Below, one piece after another: positions 24,743-34,655 of a stretch of DNA of 64,000 nucleotides. A model generated the notes under the pieces. The model was given only the letters and a program-made list of their open reading frames with translations. It was not told where the DNA came from and did not search any database. The translations under genes were made by a program, and so were the position numbers. The stretch covers positions 2,400,001 through 2,464,000 of the forward strand of contig CAVUAK010000001.1 of assembly GCA_963739455.1 (NCBI GenBank), given 5' to 3'. Each line of letters opens with the position of its first letter. The stretch's first letter is position 1. The stretch is from an uncultured Gemmatimonadales bacterium (GTDB lineage Bacteria; Gemmatimonadota; Gemmatimonadetes; Gemmatimonadales; GWC2-71-9).

Positions 24743-24776
24743 AAGGGGGCCCCGGCGAAAGCCGGGGCCCTTTTTT
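24743..24776. terminator. Rho-independent terminator, probably bidirectional
   Basis: GGGCCCCGGC-GAAA-GCCGGGGCCC-TTTTTT between convergent genes. Confidence 0.9.
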
Positions 24777-24779
24777 GTA

Positions 24780-25622
24780 TCAGAGGGGGCCGGTGCTACA
24801 GACACTCACGGTGAAGGTGACGTCCGTGGTGACGCCGGGCTCTACCGTCACCATCTGCGGATTGTCGGGAATGATGTCGCATCCGTAGACGTAGACCGGG
24901 TACGGCCCCGATCTCAGGGCAGGAAGGGTGACCTCGCCGGCGCTGTCGAGGGGGTAGAACTCGTCTTCGATGACAATGAAGCGTTCGTCGGCCCCGAGGG
25001 TGTTGCCGTTGACCGTTACGTGCAGGGCGCCCATGCCACCGCAGCGGACGAGCAGGGCGATCTCGGCGGGCTGGTCGACCCTCACATCGACCATGACAGG
25101 GTTCGTGCTGCTGGGTGTGCAGTCCGGGGCAACATCGCTGAGGATGAGGCTGCGCCGGCCCGGGGCCAGTGACTGCACGCTGGTGAGGCCGTTGGCGAGG
25201 ATGCGCTGCGGCTCTTCGGGACTGATCCGGATGAGGTAGCCGTCGGCATCGGCGGGCCCGGTGCTGGTCACGGTGAAGTTGACCGTGGCCGGCGTCGGGC
25301 AAGTGACGTTGAAGGTGGCGCGGCCCTGCCCGCCGTCGTCGAGCCTGACGAACACGGGGTTGGTGCCGGCGACGGCACAGCCGGGCGCAATGCCGGAGAG
25401 GGTGATGGTATAGCTGCCGGCGGCGAGGTCGGTGATGGTCACGTCGCCGTTGGTGGGCGCGTTGGTTGTCCGGTCGCCGAGCGTGACGACGTACCCATCG
25501 GGGTCGGGGTTCGCGCCCTGCGTTGCTACCGACAGCAGGATGGAACCGCCGTCGTCGCCACCGCAGGCCGAGAGCAGTGCGAGGGACAGGGAGGTGAGAA
25601 ACAGGGGTCGCAGGGTGCTCAT
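24780..25622 (-). CDS. Lipoprotein with three two-Cys Ig-like repeats
   Basis: Lipobox LSAC; repeats TxGxxxDxDGY...GxYTITLSGIAxxC...NP...FxVxC. Confidence 0.75.
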   Translation of the reverse strand: MSTLRPLFLTSLSLALLSACGGDDGGSILLSVATQGANPDPDGYVVTLGDRTTNAPTNGDVTITDLAAGSYTITLSGIAPGCAVAGTNPVFVRLDDGGQGRATFNVTCPTPATVNFTVTSTGPADADGYLIRISPEEPQRILANGLTSVQSLAPGRRSLILSDVAPDCTPSSTNPVMVDVRVDQPAEIALLVRCGGMGALHVTVNGNTLGADERFIVIEDEFYPLDSAGEVTLPALRSGPYPVYVYGCDIIPDNPQMVTVEPGVTTDVTFTVSVCSTGPL

Positions 25623-25673
25623 TGGTGGTTCCCGGCTACAGGACAAGGGCGATACTTCCGGTTGATGCGCCGC

Positions 25674-25713
25674 CCTTATCCTGGAACGCGCAGAAGGCTG
25701 CAAAAAGGGGCCA
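25674..25713 (-). promoter_or_regulatory. Candidate ECF-type promoter (copy A)
   Basis: Minus strand TGGCCCC-N14-TGCGCGTTC-CA-GGATAAGG; matches copy at 33879-33918. Confidence 0.6.
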
Positions 25714-25717
25714 CCTG

Positions 25718-27172
25718 TCAGTGAGTGCGCTTGATGGAGAAAGCCCAGCCATTGGGCGTCGTTCCATCAACCTCGGTACCGAGGATCACCAATTCACTGC
25801 CTACGTTGGGCAAATCGGCTGGATCTACCTCCAGGAAGGCGGTGGGAAGTTCACTGGTTGCACCGGGGTAACTCTGGCTGAAGGGGCAGCCACCGTTCTC
25901 CGGGTCGCTGATGTGGTAGGTGGATGCGGCCAGGATGCTGGTTCCGGAGAAGCCGATCAGGATCTCCGACCCGACCCCATTGCCGCCGACAAAGGTGTTG
26001 AAGGTGCCGTACTCGTAGGGGCTGTCGAGGGTGAAGCTGCAGATGCCGCTCCCTTCCGAGCCCGGGGGAAGGCGATCGTTGGTGTGTACCGACGGATAAT
26101 TGGTGATGCCCGATACGAGCACCCCACCGCTCTCGTCGAGGGAGAAATCGAAGTCGAGCTTGTCGGTGACCTCGGCGCCAACGAGCACGGCGATGCCCAG
26201 GAGTGTTCCGGAGAATCCACCGACCGCGTGATAGTTGGCGCCGGCTGTCTTCACCCTGATGTTGGCATTCAGGATCGCGGTCGTGACGCCGTTGGCATTC
26301 TTGAGGCGCACGCTGACCGCGACGGGGTTGCGATCGTCGGGGGCGTCGGATGGTGCGATGTACTCTCCCCCGGCATCGGTGCCCTCGATGAAGCCGTAGG
26401 TGGCTGATCCGCCGGCGTCACCATTTACCTGCCAGCTGGTGTGGTCGACTTCGATCCGGCCGCCGCCGGGGAGTGCCACGAGGTCGGGATCGGGGTCGGG
26501 GCCATCACAGTCGTAGGCATAGACTACGTCATCAGCACGGGCGAGGCAGTTCTTCACCTGCAACGCGACGCGCGCGCCCGGTTCCACCTCGGCGTACTCC
26601 GGTCGTATCTGCCAGCCTTCCAGCAGGGTCCAGTCGCTGAAGTGGGTCGTCGTCACCGTGACGGTTTGCGCCGTCTTGTCGAGCACCACGTCATCCGAGA
26701 AGCGCCATGCACCGGCGGCGTCCTGTGAAGCGATCCAGAGGAGCTCCGGTGCGGAGCGCAGGATGTCGGCGTCCTGATAGTGGAATGAGAGCGAGACCGG
26801 CGCCGAGAAGGTGACGCCTTCCGGCCCGAGCCGGTACCCGGTGCCGACGGCGCCGGGTGACTGGGGCGTGATGGGTTGGATGCTGATGTCGGTGGCTGTG
26901 GCGAGGGCCCCGGCTGGCACGCTGATGGTGACGGTGCCGTCGGTCGACGTCAGCGATCCGCCGGCCGCCCCGATGGATTGAGTGGTGACCGCCCCATTCG
27001 GCGTTCCCGCTGGGGTGGTTGTCGGGTCTGGATCATTGCCGCCGTTGTTGCCCCCCGGATCCGACGTTCCGGCCCCGCAGGCGGAGAGCGCCAGCGGCAG
27101 TGCCGCCACCGTCAGAAGCCACCACCGAGTAAATCCCGCCCGCACATCGCGACTAATGCCGACCTCAGCCAT
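25718..27172 (-). CDS. Lipoprotein with ZU5-like N-terminal domain
   Basis: Lipobox LSAC; IGAAGGSLTSTDG...VPAGAL...GPEGVTFSAPV...TTHFSDW. Confidence 0.7.
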   Translation of the reverse strand: MAEVGISRDVRAGFTRWWLLTVAALPLALSACGAGTSDPGGNNGGNDPDPTTTPAGTPNGAVTTQSIGAAGGSLTSTDGTVTISVPAGALATATDISIQPITPQSPGAVGTGYRLGPEGVTFSAPVSLSFHYQDADILRSAPELLWIASQDAAGAWRFSDDVVLDKTAQTVTVTTTHFSDWTLLEGWQIRPEYAEVEPGARVALQVKNCLARADDVVYAYDCDGPDPDPDLVALPGGGRIEVDHTSWQVNGDAGGSATYGFIEGTDAGGEYIAPSDAPDDRNPVAVSVRLKNANGVTTAILNANIRVKTAGANYHAVGGFSGTLLGIAVLVGAEVTDKLDFDFSLDESGGVLVSGITNYPSVHTNDRLPPGSEGSGICSFTLDSPYEYGTFNTFVGGNGVGSEILIGFSGTSILAASTYHISDPENGGCPFSQSYPGATSELPTAFLEVDPADLPNVGSELVILGTEVDGTTPNGWAFSIKRTH

Positions 27173-27199
27173 TGTGCCCCCGAATCAGGTTGATGCCCG

Positions 27200-27251
27200 A
27201 GGGTACAGCGAGGTCATCAGCAGTCGATCACGACCCGATCACGGCGGATCA
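27200..27251 (-). promoter_or_regulatory. Phased TGATC direct repeats plus -10 (SARP-box-like)
   Basis: Minus strand TGATC/TGATC/TGATC/TGATG at 10-11-11 bp period, then 9 nt, then TACCCT. Confidence 0.6.
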
Positions 27252-27264
27252 TTGTGCCAATTGC

Positions 27265-29289
27265 CTACCGCGAAGGGGCCCGATTCACCCTGGAAGGAGC
27301 GACAAGGGCGGCGCTGAAGCGCGGGTCGGCCTTGAGCGCCCGGGCCTTGGGATCGAGGGAGAGGGTGAGGATCCCGGGGTCGCGCTCGGTCTGGGCGCGC
27401 TGGAGGAGGGCGAGCGCCGTCTCGTTGTCTCCCGCTGCTGCATGTGCCAATGCGAGGTTGACGGAGGGGACGTAGAGGCGCTTCCGGTCGGCGTCCAGGC
27501 CCTCGAGCAGGACACGGGCGGAGTCGTGCCGGCCGGCGGACGCGAGGGCATAGGCAAGCGATGCGCGATAGCGCGCGTCGCCGTGGGATTCGCGGACCAC
27601 CCGCTCGAGCTCGCCCAGGGCGCCGATGGTATCACCGGTGGCGAGAAGCGAGAGTCCGAGCCAGTTGCGCGCGGCGAAAAAGTCTGGTTCCTGCTGAAGC
27701 ACGGCGCGACTGGCGACGACGGCGGTGCCGGGGTGGCCGGCGAAGTACTCGATGACCGCGACGCCGGTGCCGACAGCAGGCGACAACGGGTCGAGCGCGT
27801 GGGCAGCGCGCACCTCGGCGATGGCGCTGTCGGGTGCGCCACTCACGAGCAGGTTGAGTGCATGCCAGTGACGGAGGGTCGCGTCCTGGGGCTCGATGAG
27901 GATCGCGCGGCGGAACTGCATCTCGGCGCCGTCGAGGTCGCCCTCGACGAGCTGCCGCGCCAGCGCCGAGACGCCGAGCGCCTCGGCGTTGTTGGAGTCA
28001 TGGGCGATGGCGCGCTCAGCGGCGTGCTGCGCCTCCACATAGGGACGAGGTGGCGCCTCGACTCCATAGGTGGGCGCCACGAGCCAGGTGGCAGCGATGC
28101 CAGCCTCGGCCGCCGAGTAGGTGGGGTCGATGGTGAGCGCGGAGTCGAAGTAGGCGAAGGCGCGCCGCAGGCCCTTCGCGCTGCGCTCGGTCCAGGCATG
28201 GCGTCCCTGGAGATAGTAGACGTAGGCCTCGAGGCTCCGGGTTGCGAGGGCGGGAGGCCGATTGGGCAGGCGATCGAGAACGTCGTGCTTCAGGGCATCG
28301 GCGATGCCGCGCGCGACGTCGTCCTGGAGGCTGAAGAGGCTGAGGAAACTGCGGTCGAAGGAACGGGACCAGAGTTCGTATCCGTTCCGGGTATCCACGA
28401 GGCGTGTGGTGACACGCACGGAGTCACCGTTCCGGCGCATGCTTCCCTCGAGCACGGCGGAGACATGAAGCAGCTCGCCGACCTGCTGGGCGCTGAGCTG
28501 GCGATGCCGGAGTGAAAACGAGGAGGTGCGGGCTACGATGCGCAGTCCGCTGACGCGACCGAGCCGGGTGATGAGATCCTCGGCGATGCCATCGCTGACG
28601 AGGGCATCGAGGGCATCGCTGCCGAGATTCGCGAAGGGCAGTACCGCCAGGGAGGCGATAGGCGCAGCGGCGGGGCCTTTGGGGGTGGTGCGGATGAAGA
28701 AGAGGGCGGCGAGGGTGGCGACGACGATCGCCAGGCCGACCAGCATGGCGAGGCGACGGGGCGGGGAGGGCGGGGAGGGCGGGGAAGATGGGGAAGGCGA
28801 GGAGGACGGGGAGGACGGGGAGGGTGTAGCGGCGCGCGCGGTGGCGACGATATCGCGGAAGCGCGCGCGTTCCGTCTCCATCCACTTGTCGAAAGCGGGA
28901 GAGTCGGGGAGGGTGAATCCGTCGAGGAAGTCGCCGGTGTAGAGCTGGACGACGCGGGCATGGTTGCCGGCGGCGGCGGCCTCGAGGAACTCCGCGACGT
29001 CGCTCGAGAGCGAGCTCGGATTGAGGCGCAGCTGGTGCTCGCCCTGAATGAGGGACTGGTCGCCGGTTGTGCGGCGGAGCGTATACACCGCCTGTGCCAG
29101 GGCGTGACGGGCGCGGTCGCGCTCACTGTCGGGCCAGAGGCAGGTCATGACCTTGTCGCGGCTGGCGCCATGGCGTCCGGCGGCCGCGACCATCGCCAGC
29201 AAGGCGAGTCGCCTTGGCTGGGAGAGTGCTGCGACCGGCTGGCCGTCGTCGTGGAGGAGCTGTGCAGTGCCGAGGGTGAGGAGGCGCAT
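27265..29289 (-). CDS. SARP-like regulator: wHTH, partial BTAD, TM, TolB-N-like domain and TPRs
   Basis: MRLLTLG...SRDKVMTCLWPD...LYTGDFLDGF; TM; AVLPFANL...ARTSSF...EGSMRR; TPR helices. Confidence 0.8.
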   Translation of the reverse strand: MRLLTLGTAQLLHDDGQPVAALSQPRRLALLAMVAAAGRHGASRDKVMTCLWPDSERDRARHALAQAVYTLRRTTGDQSLIQGEHQLRLNPSSLSSDVAEFLEAAAAGNHARVVQLYTGDFLDGFTLPDSPAFDKWMETERARFRDIVATARAATPSPSSPSSSPSPSSPPSPPSPPRRLAMLVGLAIVVATLAALFFIRTTPKGPAAAPIASLAVLPFANLGSDALDALVSDGIAEDLITRLGRVSGLRIVARTSSFSLRHRQLSAQQVGELLHVSAVLEGSMRRNGDSVRVTTRLVDTRNGYELWSRSFDRSFLSLFSLQDDVARGIADALKHDVLDRLPNRPPALATRSLEAYVYYLQGRHAWTERSAKGLRRAFAYFDSALTIDPTYSAAEAGIAATWLVAPTYGVEAPPRPYVEAQHAAERAIAHDSNNAEALGVSALARQLVEGDLDGAEMQFRRAILIEPQDATLRHWHALNLLVSGAPDSAIAEVRAAHALDPLSPAVGTGVAVIEYFAGHPGTAVVASRAVLQQEPDFFAARNWLGLSLLATGDTIGALGELERVVRESHGDARYRASLAYALASAGRHDSARVLLEGLDADRKRLYVPSVNLALAHAAAGDNETALALLQRAQTERDPGILTLSLDPKARALKADPRFSAALVAPSRVNRAPSR

Positions 29290-29302
29290 GGAGGGGAAAT
29301 AT

Positions 29303-29384
29303 GGCGGGGAGGGCGGGGAGGGCGGGGAAGGCGGGGAGGGCGTTGGGCGTGAGGCGTTAGGCGTGAGGCGTTAGGCGTTAGGCG
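29303..29384 (+). repeat. GGCGGGGAR x4 followed by ~6 GGCGTKA-like 7-mers
   Basis: Directly visible intergenic tandem repeats. Confidence 0.85.
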
Positions 29385-29391
29385 GATGGGG

Positions 29392-30789
29392 CTAACGAGG
29401 AGTTCCGATTCCCGGTGCGTAGAGAGAAGCAATGCGCTGGGCGCGGAAGATGTAGCCGGTGCCGCCCGACAAGCGCCACACCACATTTCCGGCGGCGTCG
29501 TATTCCTCGACCTTCTGGCCATTGCCGAGCGATGCCAGGACATGGCCATTGCTCAACTGCTGCACGCTGCCACCGAGGAGGCCGACGGCGGGTGGCAATG
29601 AACTGAAGCTCTCGACAAGGGTGGCGGTGCGCGTGGTTGCGTCGACGCTGTATCGCTCGACGCGTGAGGCACCGGGTTCACCGCGATTGTCGAGGAGCAG
29701 GAGACCGGTGGCGGTGAAGCGGAGCCCATGCTGGCCGACGAATGGCGGATCGCCTGTACCAGCAAAGGTGAATTGGTTGGCGAGACCACCGAGGCGCCAG
29801 AGTATTGCACCGGTGGTGGTGGAGATCTTCGTGATCTCGCTCAAGCTCCGGAAGGAAGCGAGCAGGTTGCCGTCGGTGTCGAGGGCAATGGCATTGCCGT
29901 GGGTGAAGTTCACTGCCGCGCCGGCGCGATCGGCGGCAGGCAGGTCGGTGAGGGCGAAGTGGTCGAAGGCGTTCCACTGGAAGGGTGCCGCACCGGTCGC
30001 GTCCACGTGCTGGATGACAGTACCGGTGACGCGTGCCGCGGCCTGGCCACCGATGGCCGAGAGGTCCATGGTGCGGATCTCGTCGCACATGAGCCAGTGG
30101 CCGCCGGCGCCATCACCGATGGCATCGTGGAAGCGGGACACGAGGCCATTCGCACACCCGAATGTTGCGGTGATGTCACCCGCAGGATCGAGCTCCGCCC
30201 AGGGCTCCGCATCATCGAGAGCGGGGGTGTGGGGCTGCGTGGCATAGCGCCCGTTGGCGAGTGCCTGGAAATTGAGCCCGATACCGTCAGGGAAGTATCG
30301 ATACCAGATGACGCGCCCACTGTTGTCGATGACGATACCGTAGCTGCCGGCTGCGAAGACGACGAATCCGGGAGTGGGGTTGTTCCCGGTGGTGGTATAG
30401 GCCGGAAGGTCGGTGGGGATCGCGGCGGTGGTGAACTCAACGGGAGCTGCAGTGACGGTGCCGCCGGGACCGAACGCGACCACGGTGGCGGTATAGTGGC
30501 GCTCGGGGAAAAGGCCGAGCAGGAGGCTGCTGGCAGCTCCATCACTGACTGGCTGCGCCGGTGCCGCGAGTTCCGTCGACGCGGCGGAATCGGTGAGGCG
30601 ATAGCGCACGGTGACGCTGTCAGCCCCGGTGACCTGCAGGTCAATGGTGGCGCTGAGCGCGTTCGTGTCGTGCAGGCGCGGTGTCACCCCGCTGATCGCG
30701 GGGGGATCGGGGGTCGGAGCCGCCTCGCCGCCACAGGCGACGAGGCCGAGAAGGAGGGCTACTGGCAGTGCCCGACTCAGGGACGCCAC
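29392..30789 (-). CDS. Arylsulfotransferase (ASST)-family lipoprotein
   Basis: Lipobox [57 protein letters not shown]. Confidence 0.8.
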   Translation of the reverse strand: MASLSRALPVALLLGLVACGGEAAPTPDPPAISGVTPRLHDTNALSATIDLQVTGADSVTVRYRLTDSAASTELAAPAQPVSDGAASSLLLGLFPERHYTATVVAFGPGGTVTAAPVEFTTAAIPTDLPAYTTTGNNPTPGFVVFAAGSYGIVIDNSGRVIWYRYFPDGIGLNFQALANGRYATQPHTPALDDAEPWAELDPAGDITATFGCANGLVSRFHDAIGDGAGGHWLMCDEIRTMDLSAIGGQAAARVTGTVIQHVDATGAAPFQWNAFDHFALTDLPAADRAGAAVNFTHGNAIALDTDGNLLASFRSLSEITKISTTTGAILWRLGGLANQFTFAGTGDPPFVGQHGLRFTATGLLLLDNRGEPGASRVERYSVDATTRTATLVESFSSLPPAVGLLGGSVQQLSNGHVLASLGNGQKVEEYDAAGNVVWRLSGGTGYIFRAQRIASLYAPGIGTPR

Positions 30790-32471
30790 GCCGGCTCCAA
30801 GGAGGCCTGCGACATCTGGACCACGGTCCCATCAGGCTGGAGGATGGCAAGTCCCTGGGTGAGGGTGTAGCACGCAAACCAGTCATCGCAGCGCAACGTC
30901 GTAAACGCGATCCGGTCGTCGGCGCCCCACGACAAGCTGGTTGACTCGGAGGTGGTGGCACTGCGGCTTCTGACCGCGGTACCGTTTGCGCTCATGACGT
31001 ACAGCTGTTTGGTGGGATTGGCGCCGCCGACTTTCTGCACAAAGGCCACCCGTGCGCTGGAGGGCGACCAGACGGGACTGACCGCCTCGGCTGTGCCCGA
31101 CGTGAGCTGTACGACGCCCGAGCCGTCGGCGTTCATGACGTGGATGCTCCGTGCCGAGTTAGAGCGGCCACTGACGAAGAGGATGCGATCGCCACTGTGG
31201 GACCAGTCCGGCTCGTTGTCCGCGCCCGGATCCGAGGTGAGGCGCACCGGGTTGGAGCCGTCGGCGCTCATGACGTAGATCTCCGGGTTGCCGTCACGCT
31301 CGCTCACGAAGGCGATCCTGGTGCCGTCGGAGGACCAGGTTGGCTGGTAGTCGGCGTACACACTGTTGGTGAGGCGCCGAACGTCACTGCCGTCGGCGTT
31401 CATGAGGTAGATCTCGTTATTCCCGTCGCGCACGCTGGTGAAGGCCAGATGGGTGCCATCGGGTGACCAGGCGGGGTTCGAGTCAGCCACGGCGTTGCTG
31501 GTGAGCAGCGTAGAGGTCCCCAGTTCCGTCCCGATCCCGATCTCGGAGCCACTTCCCACGCCGACCACAAAGGCCAGCTCCTTCGCGGGATCGCACTGCA
31601 CGGTGACGCTGAGCGTCACGTCTCCCGTGTTATGGACGACGATGGAATTGTCGGTCGGGCCCGGGCTCACCAGGTGGCAGTTGGACGCGATGCCACGGAC
31701 GGTGACGGTATAGGTACCAGATTGCATAGCGACGCTCGTGGCGGTGCCATTGCTCGGGACCTCCATTATGAAGGACGGGCCGTAGTAGTCGTCGCTGGAC
31801 CCCAGCCCGACGGTATAGCCATCGACGTCGATATCCTGACCGGTACTCACGACATTCGCGACAACTCTCGGCAGCGCCGTGCATGCCACCTTGAGCGTGA
31901 GCGGGGTCTCGGTGTCGAGCGCCGTCGTGATCGTCGTCGGGTTGGTGGGATCCGGCGTGCAATTGGGCGCGACGTCACCGAGCGTGAGGGTCAGGGGGCC
32001 GACCTCGGTAATGAAGAGGTTGGTGACGCCCTGCGTGGATACGCGACGGGTGGCGTCACTCCCGAACGTGAGCATATAGCCATTGGGATCGAAGTCAGTC
32101 CCGGTGGCAATGGTGGTCACCTTCACCCGAGTGCCGGCGCCAGGGCAGGAAACGGCGAAGGTCGCGGTGGCCTTCGCGCCAGCTGTCACCTTCACGGTGA
32201 GCGGATTGGTTCCCGTGACAAAGCAGTTGGGCGCCAGGCCCGAGAGCTTTGCTGGGTAGTCCCCGGGCGGGAGCGCGTCGACGGTGATGTCGCCGACGGC
32301 GGGGATCGGCTCACCGGGTTCCTGGCCGATGGCGATGAGGTAGCCGTCGGGGTCGGGATTGGTGCCGGTGGTCGTGACCGATACCAGGAGCGAGCCGACG
32401 TCAGGTTCATTCGATGCAGTGCAGCTCGCCAGCACGATGGCGAGGAGTGATCCCCAGGTCCTTGTGCTCAT
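30777..32471 (-). CDS. Lipoprotein: three two-Cys Ig-like repeats plus TolB/PD40 beta-propeller
   Basis: LASC lipobox; PAWSPDG...[18 protein letters not shown] repeats. Confidence 0.85.
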   Translation of the reverse strand: MSTRTWGSLLAIVLASCTASNEPDVGSLLVSVTTTGTNPDPDGYLIAIGQEPGEPIPAVGDITVDALPPGDYPAKLSGLAPNCFVTGTNPLTVKVTAGAKATATFAVSCPGAGTRVKVTTIATGTDFDPNGYMLTFGSDATRRVSTQGVTNLFITEVGPLTLTLGDVAPNCTPDPTNPTTITTALDTETPLTLKVACTALPRVVANVVSTGQDIDVDGYTVGLGSSDDYYGPSFIMEVPSNGTATSVAMQSGTYTVTVRGIASNCHLVSPGPTDNSIVVHNTGDVTLSVTVQCDPAKELAFVVGVGSGSEIGIGTELGTSTLLTSNAVADSNPAWSPDGTHLAFTSVRDGNNEIYLMNADGSDVRRLTNSVYADYQPTWSSDGTRIAFVSERDGNPEIYVMSADGSNPVRLTSDPGADNEPDWSHSGDRILFVSGRSNSARSIHVMNADGSGVVQLTSGTAEAVSPVWSPSSARVAFVQKVGGANPTKQLYVMSANGTAVRSRSATTSESTSLSWGADDRIAFTTLRCDDWFACYTLTQGLAILQPDGTVVQMSQASLEPAWRP

Positions 32472-33370
32472 GGGCGCCTCCGTTCAAACAGGACTTGCGA
32501 GCAGTCGAGGAATGGCATCGTCACGTCGTTCATGACGCCGACCGCGACGGTGGTGGAAAACGGATTGAGTCCATCGACCGTGCATCCCCACTCGAGGTAT
32601 GCGGGGAGGTATTCGATCGAGTGCGCACCCGGCGGAAGCCGATCCAGTGTCAGCCCCGAGGTGCCGAGAGGTGGGTATTCGATGCCGTCGACCAGGACCA
32701 TGTATCCCCGATCGTCGTTGGGCAGGACGATTGTCAGGCCGCCAGTAAGCGTCGTGCACTCGAATGCGAGGGCGATCTCGGACACCTCACCGGGTCGCGG
32801 TGCGGGCACGCTCGCAGCATTGTGAGGGTCGGCGATGCAGTCCGGTGAGATGTCAGTTACGGTGACGGCGAGCGTGCCGCCCTGGCTCGAGATGAGATTG
32901 GTGATCCCGTTCGCAGTGACCCGCTGGCGGGCGTCGGCGCCCTCCACCTCGATGAGATAACCATCCTTGTCATAGTCCCAGCCGGTCGTGGTGGCGCGCA
33001 CCCGGACCACGCCGGGGATGGCGCACTCGACCACAAAGGCGGCGGTCGCATCCGCGCCGCTGCCGAGTTCCACCGTCACCGGGTTGCTGCTGGTCACGGT
33101 GCAGTTCGCGGCGACTTTGGAGAGCTCGATGGTGTAGCGACCCGGGGTGAAGTCGGCCAGGGTTGTCTCTCCGTTGGCAGTCACGTCCTGGGCCTTGTCG
33201 GCGACGGTCACGCTGTACCCGTCGGCATCCAGGCTCGTGCCTGTCGTGGTGACCGTGACGTGGATGGAGCCAGGTTCGTCGTCGGCGCCGCAGCCGGCCG
33301 CGAAGGCGGCCAGAAGGCAGATTCGTCCGATGGATGTGCGGCCCCGAGCTACCGCGTTCAAAGCAGTCAT
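32468..33370 (-). CDS. Lipoprotein with three Ig-like repeats
   Basis: AAGC lipobox; [12 protein letters not shown]...VAANC...NP...FVVEC. Confidence 0.75.
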   Translation of the reverse strand: MTALNAVARGRTSIGRICLLAAFAAGCGADDEPGSIHVTVTTTGTSLDADGYSVTVADKAQDVTANGETTLADFTPGRYTIELSKVAANCTVTSSNPVTVELGSGADATAAFVVECAIPGVVRVRATTTGWDYDKDGYLIEVEGADARQRVTANGITNLISSQGGTLAVTVTDISPDCIADPHNAASVPAPRPGEVSEIALAFECTTLTGGLTIVLPNDDRGYMVLVDGIEYPPLGTSGLTLDRLPPGAHSIEYLPAYLEWGCTVDGLNPFSTTVAVGVMNDVTMPFLDCSQVLFERRRP

Positions 33371-33382
33371 TGTGTTGTCCTC

Positions 33383-33838
33383 CTATTTCCTGTCGCGCAG
33401 CGGAGGTCCGGAACGGGCCAGCGGGGCTCGAAGGCAATCGCCAAAGTCGTTGCAGTGCGGACCGGGGTTGCAGGCGACGATGATGCTGACTTTCGCGTCC
33501 TCGCCGGAGGCTACCTGCACCGCGAGGGGATTCTTGCCAGCCACCTGGCATGCCTGGAGTTCGTCCAGGCCAGAGACCAACACGTCGTATTCGCCGGGTG
33601 GGAGGTCGGACAGGCTCAGCTGAGCAAACCGGTCGATGTGCTGGGGCGGCCTGGCACCGACGGTCACGTCGTAGCCATCGGGATCGACGCCCAGACCGAA
33701 CGAGGTGACCGCGACCTGCATGGAGCCGGTAGTGTTGCCAGGGTCCGGGGTCGGGTCCGCCGCCGACGTGCAGCTCGAGAGGACAAGCGCGAGTACCATC
33801 ATTGTGGCGGCCAGAGTGGCACATCGGTTGTGGCGCAT
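33383..33838 (-). CDS. Lipoprotein with one two-Cys Ig-like repeat
   Basis: LSSC lipobox; GVDPDGY...PGEYDV...ACQVAGKNP...IIVAC. Confidence 0.7.
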   Translation of the reverse strand: MRHNRCATLAATMMVLALVLSSCTSAADPTPDPGNTTGSMQVAVTSFGLGVDPDGYDVTVGARPPQHIDRFAQLSLSDLPPGEYDVLVSGLDELQACQVAGKNPLAVQVASGEDAKVSIIVACNPGPHCNDFGDCLRAPLARSGPPLRDRK

Positions 33839-33878
33839 CGGTTATCCCTGAAACGGGTGGATCGACCTTCTGACGGGT

Positions 33879-33918
33879 CCTTATCCCAGAACGCGCAATG
33901 GGGGGTGGGAAGGGGACA
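33879..33918 (-). promoter_or_regulatory. Candidate ECF-type promoter (copy B)
   Basis: Minus strand TGTCCCC-N14-TGCGCGTTC-TG-GGATAAGG, divergent from the ECF gene. Confidence 0.6.
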
Positions 33919-34073
33919 GGGAACAGGGAACGGCTATGGGTCGATTGGCCTATCCTCCATAGAGCGTGCAGGGGGATGCGGGTGGAACGTCTGTTTGCTT
34001 GTTCGCCGGCCGGCGAGCAGCTTTGCTTCAGCTCGACAACGCGCAGCCCAGCGCCAAACCGGGCCACCACTCC

Positions 34074-34655
34074 ATGGACGCATCAGTGAGCGTAACCGAC
34101 CTGCTGCAGCGGGCCGGCGCGGGCGATCCTGCCGCGCCAGACCTGGTGTATCCGCTCGTCTACGATCACCTGCGGCTCATGGCACGACGGCAACTGCGGC
34201 GGGAAGCGAGCGGCCACAGCCTGAGCACGACAGCGCTGGTCCACGAGGCGTACCTCAAGCTGGTGGACCAGCGCCGGTCGCAGTTCAAGGATCGAGCGCA
34301 TTTCTTCGCGATCGCGGCGGTGGCGATGCGGCGGATCCTTGTGGACCATGCACGGCGGCACGGCGCGGTGAAGCGTGGGGCGGGTGCGAAGCGGGTGCCG
34401 CTGGAGACAGTGGAGGGTTTGGCAGCCGACGAGCGGGCGGAACTGCTGGTGGCGCTCGATGCGGCGCTGGTGCGGCTCGCCGCGCACGACCCGCGGCAGG
34501 CGAAGGTGGTGGAGTGCCGCTTCTTCGGGGGCCTCACGGAGGAGGAGACGGCGGAGGCGCTGGGGATGAGTTCCCGCACGGTGAAGCGCGACTGGGCGAA
34601 GGCGCGGAGCTGGCTCTACCAGTCGCTGTATCCCGATGTGGTGGGCCAGGGCTGA
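34074..34655 (+). CDS. ECF sigma factor of the kinase-associated TIGR02999/EcfK-like type
   Basis: LVYDHLRLMA, HSLSTTALVHEAYLKL, AMRRILVDHAR, RTVKRDWAKARSWL. Confidence 0.92.
   Translation: MDASVSVTDLLQRAGAGDPAAPDLVYPLVYDHLRLMARRQLRREASGHSLSTTALVHEAYLKLVDQRRSQFKDRAHFFAIAAVAMRRILVDHARRHGAVKRGAGAKRVPLETVEGLAADERAELLVALDAALVRLAAHDPRQAKVVECRFFGGLTEEETAEALGMSSRTVKRDWAKARSWLYQSLYPDVVGQG

Noticed and set aside
33260..34654. 1300-aa ORF as a single kinase
   Set aside because: The first 465 codons overlap the ECF gene and an opposite-strand lipoprotein gene; the real start is ATG 34655
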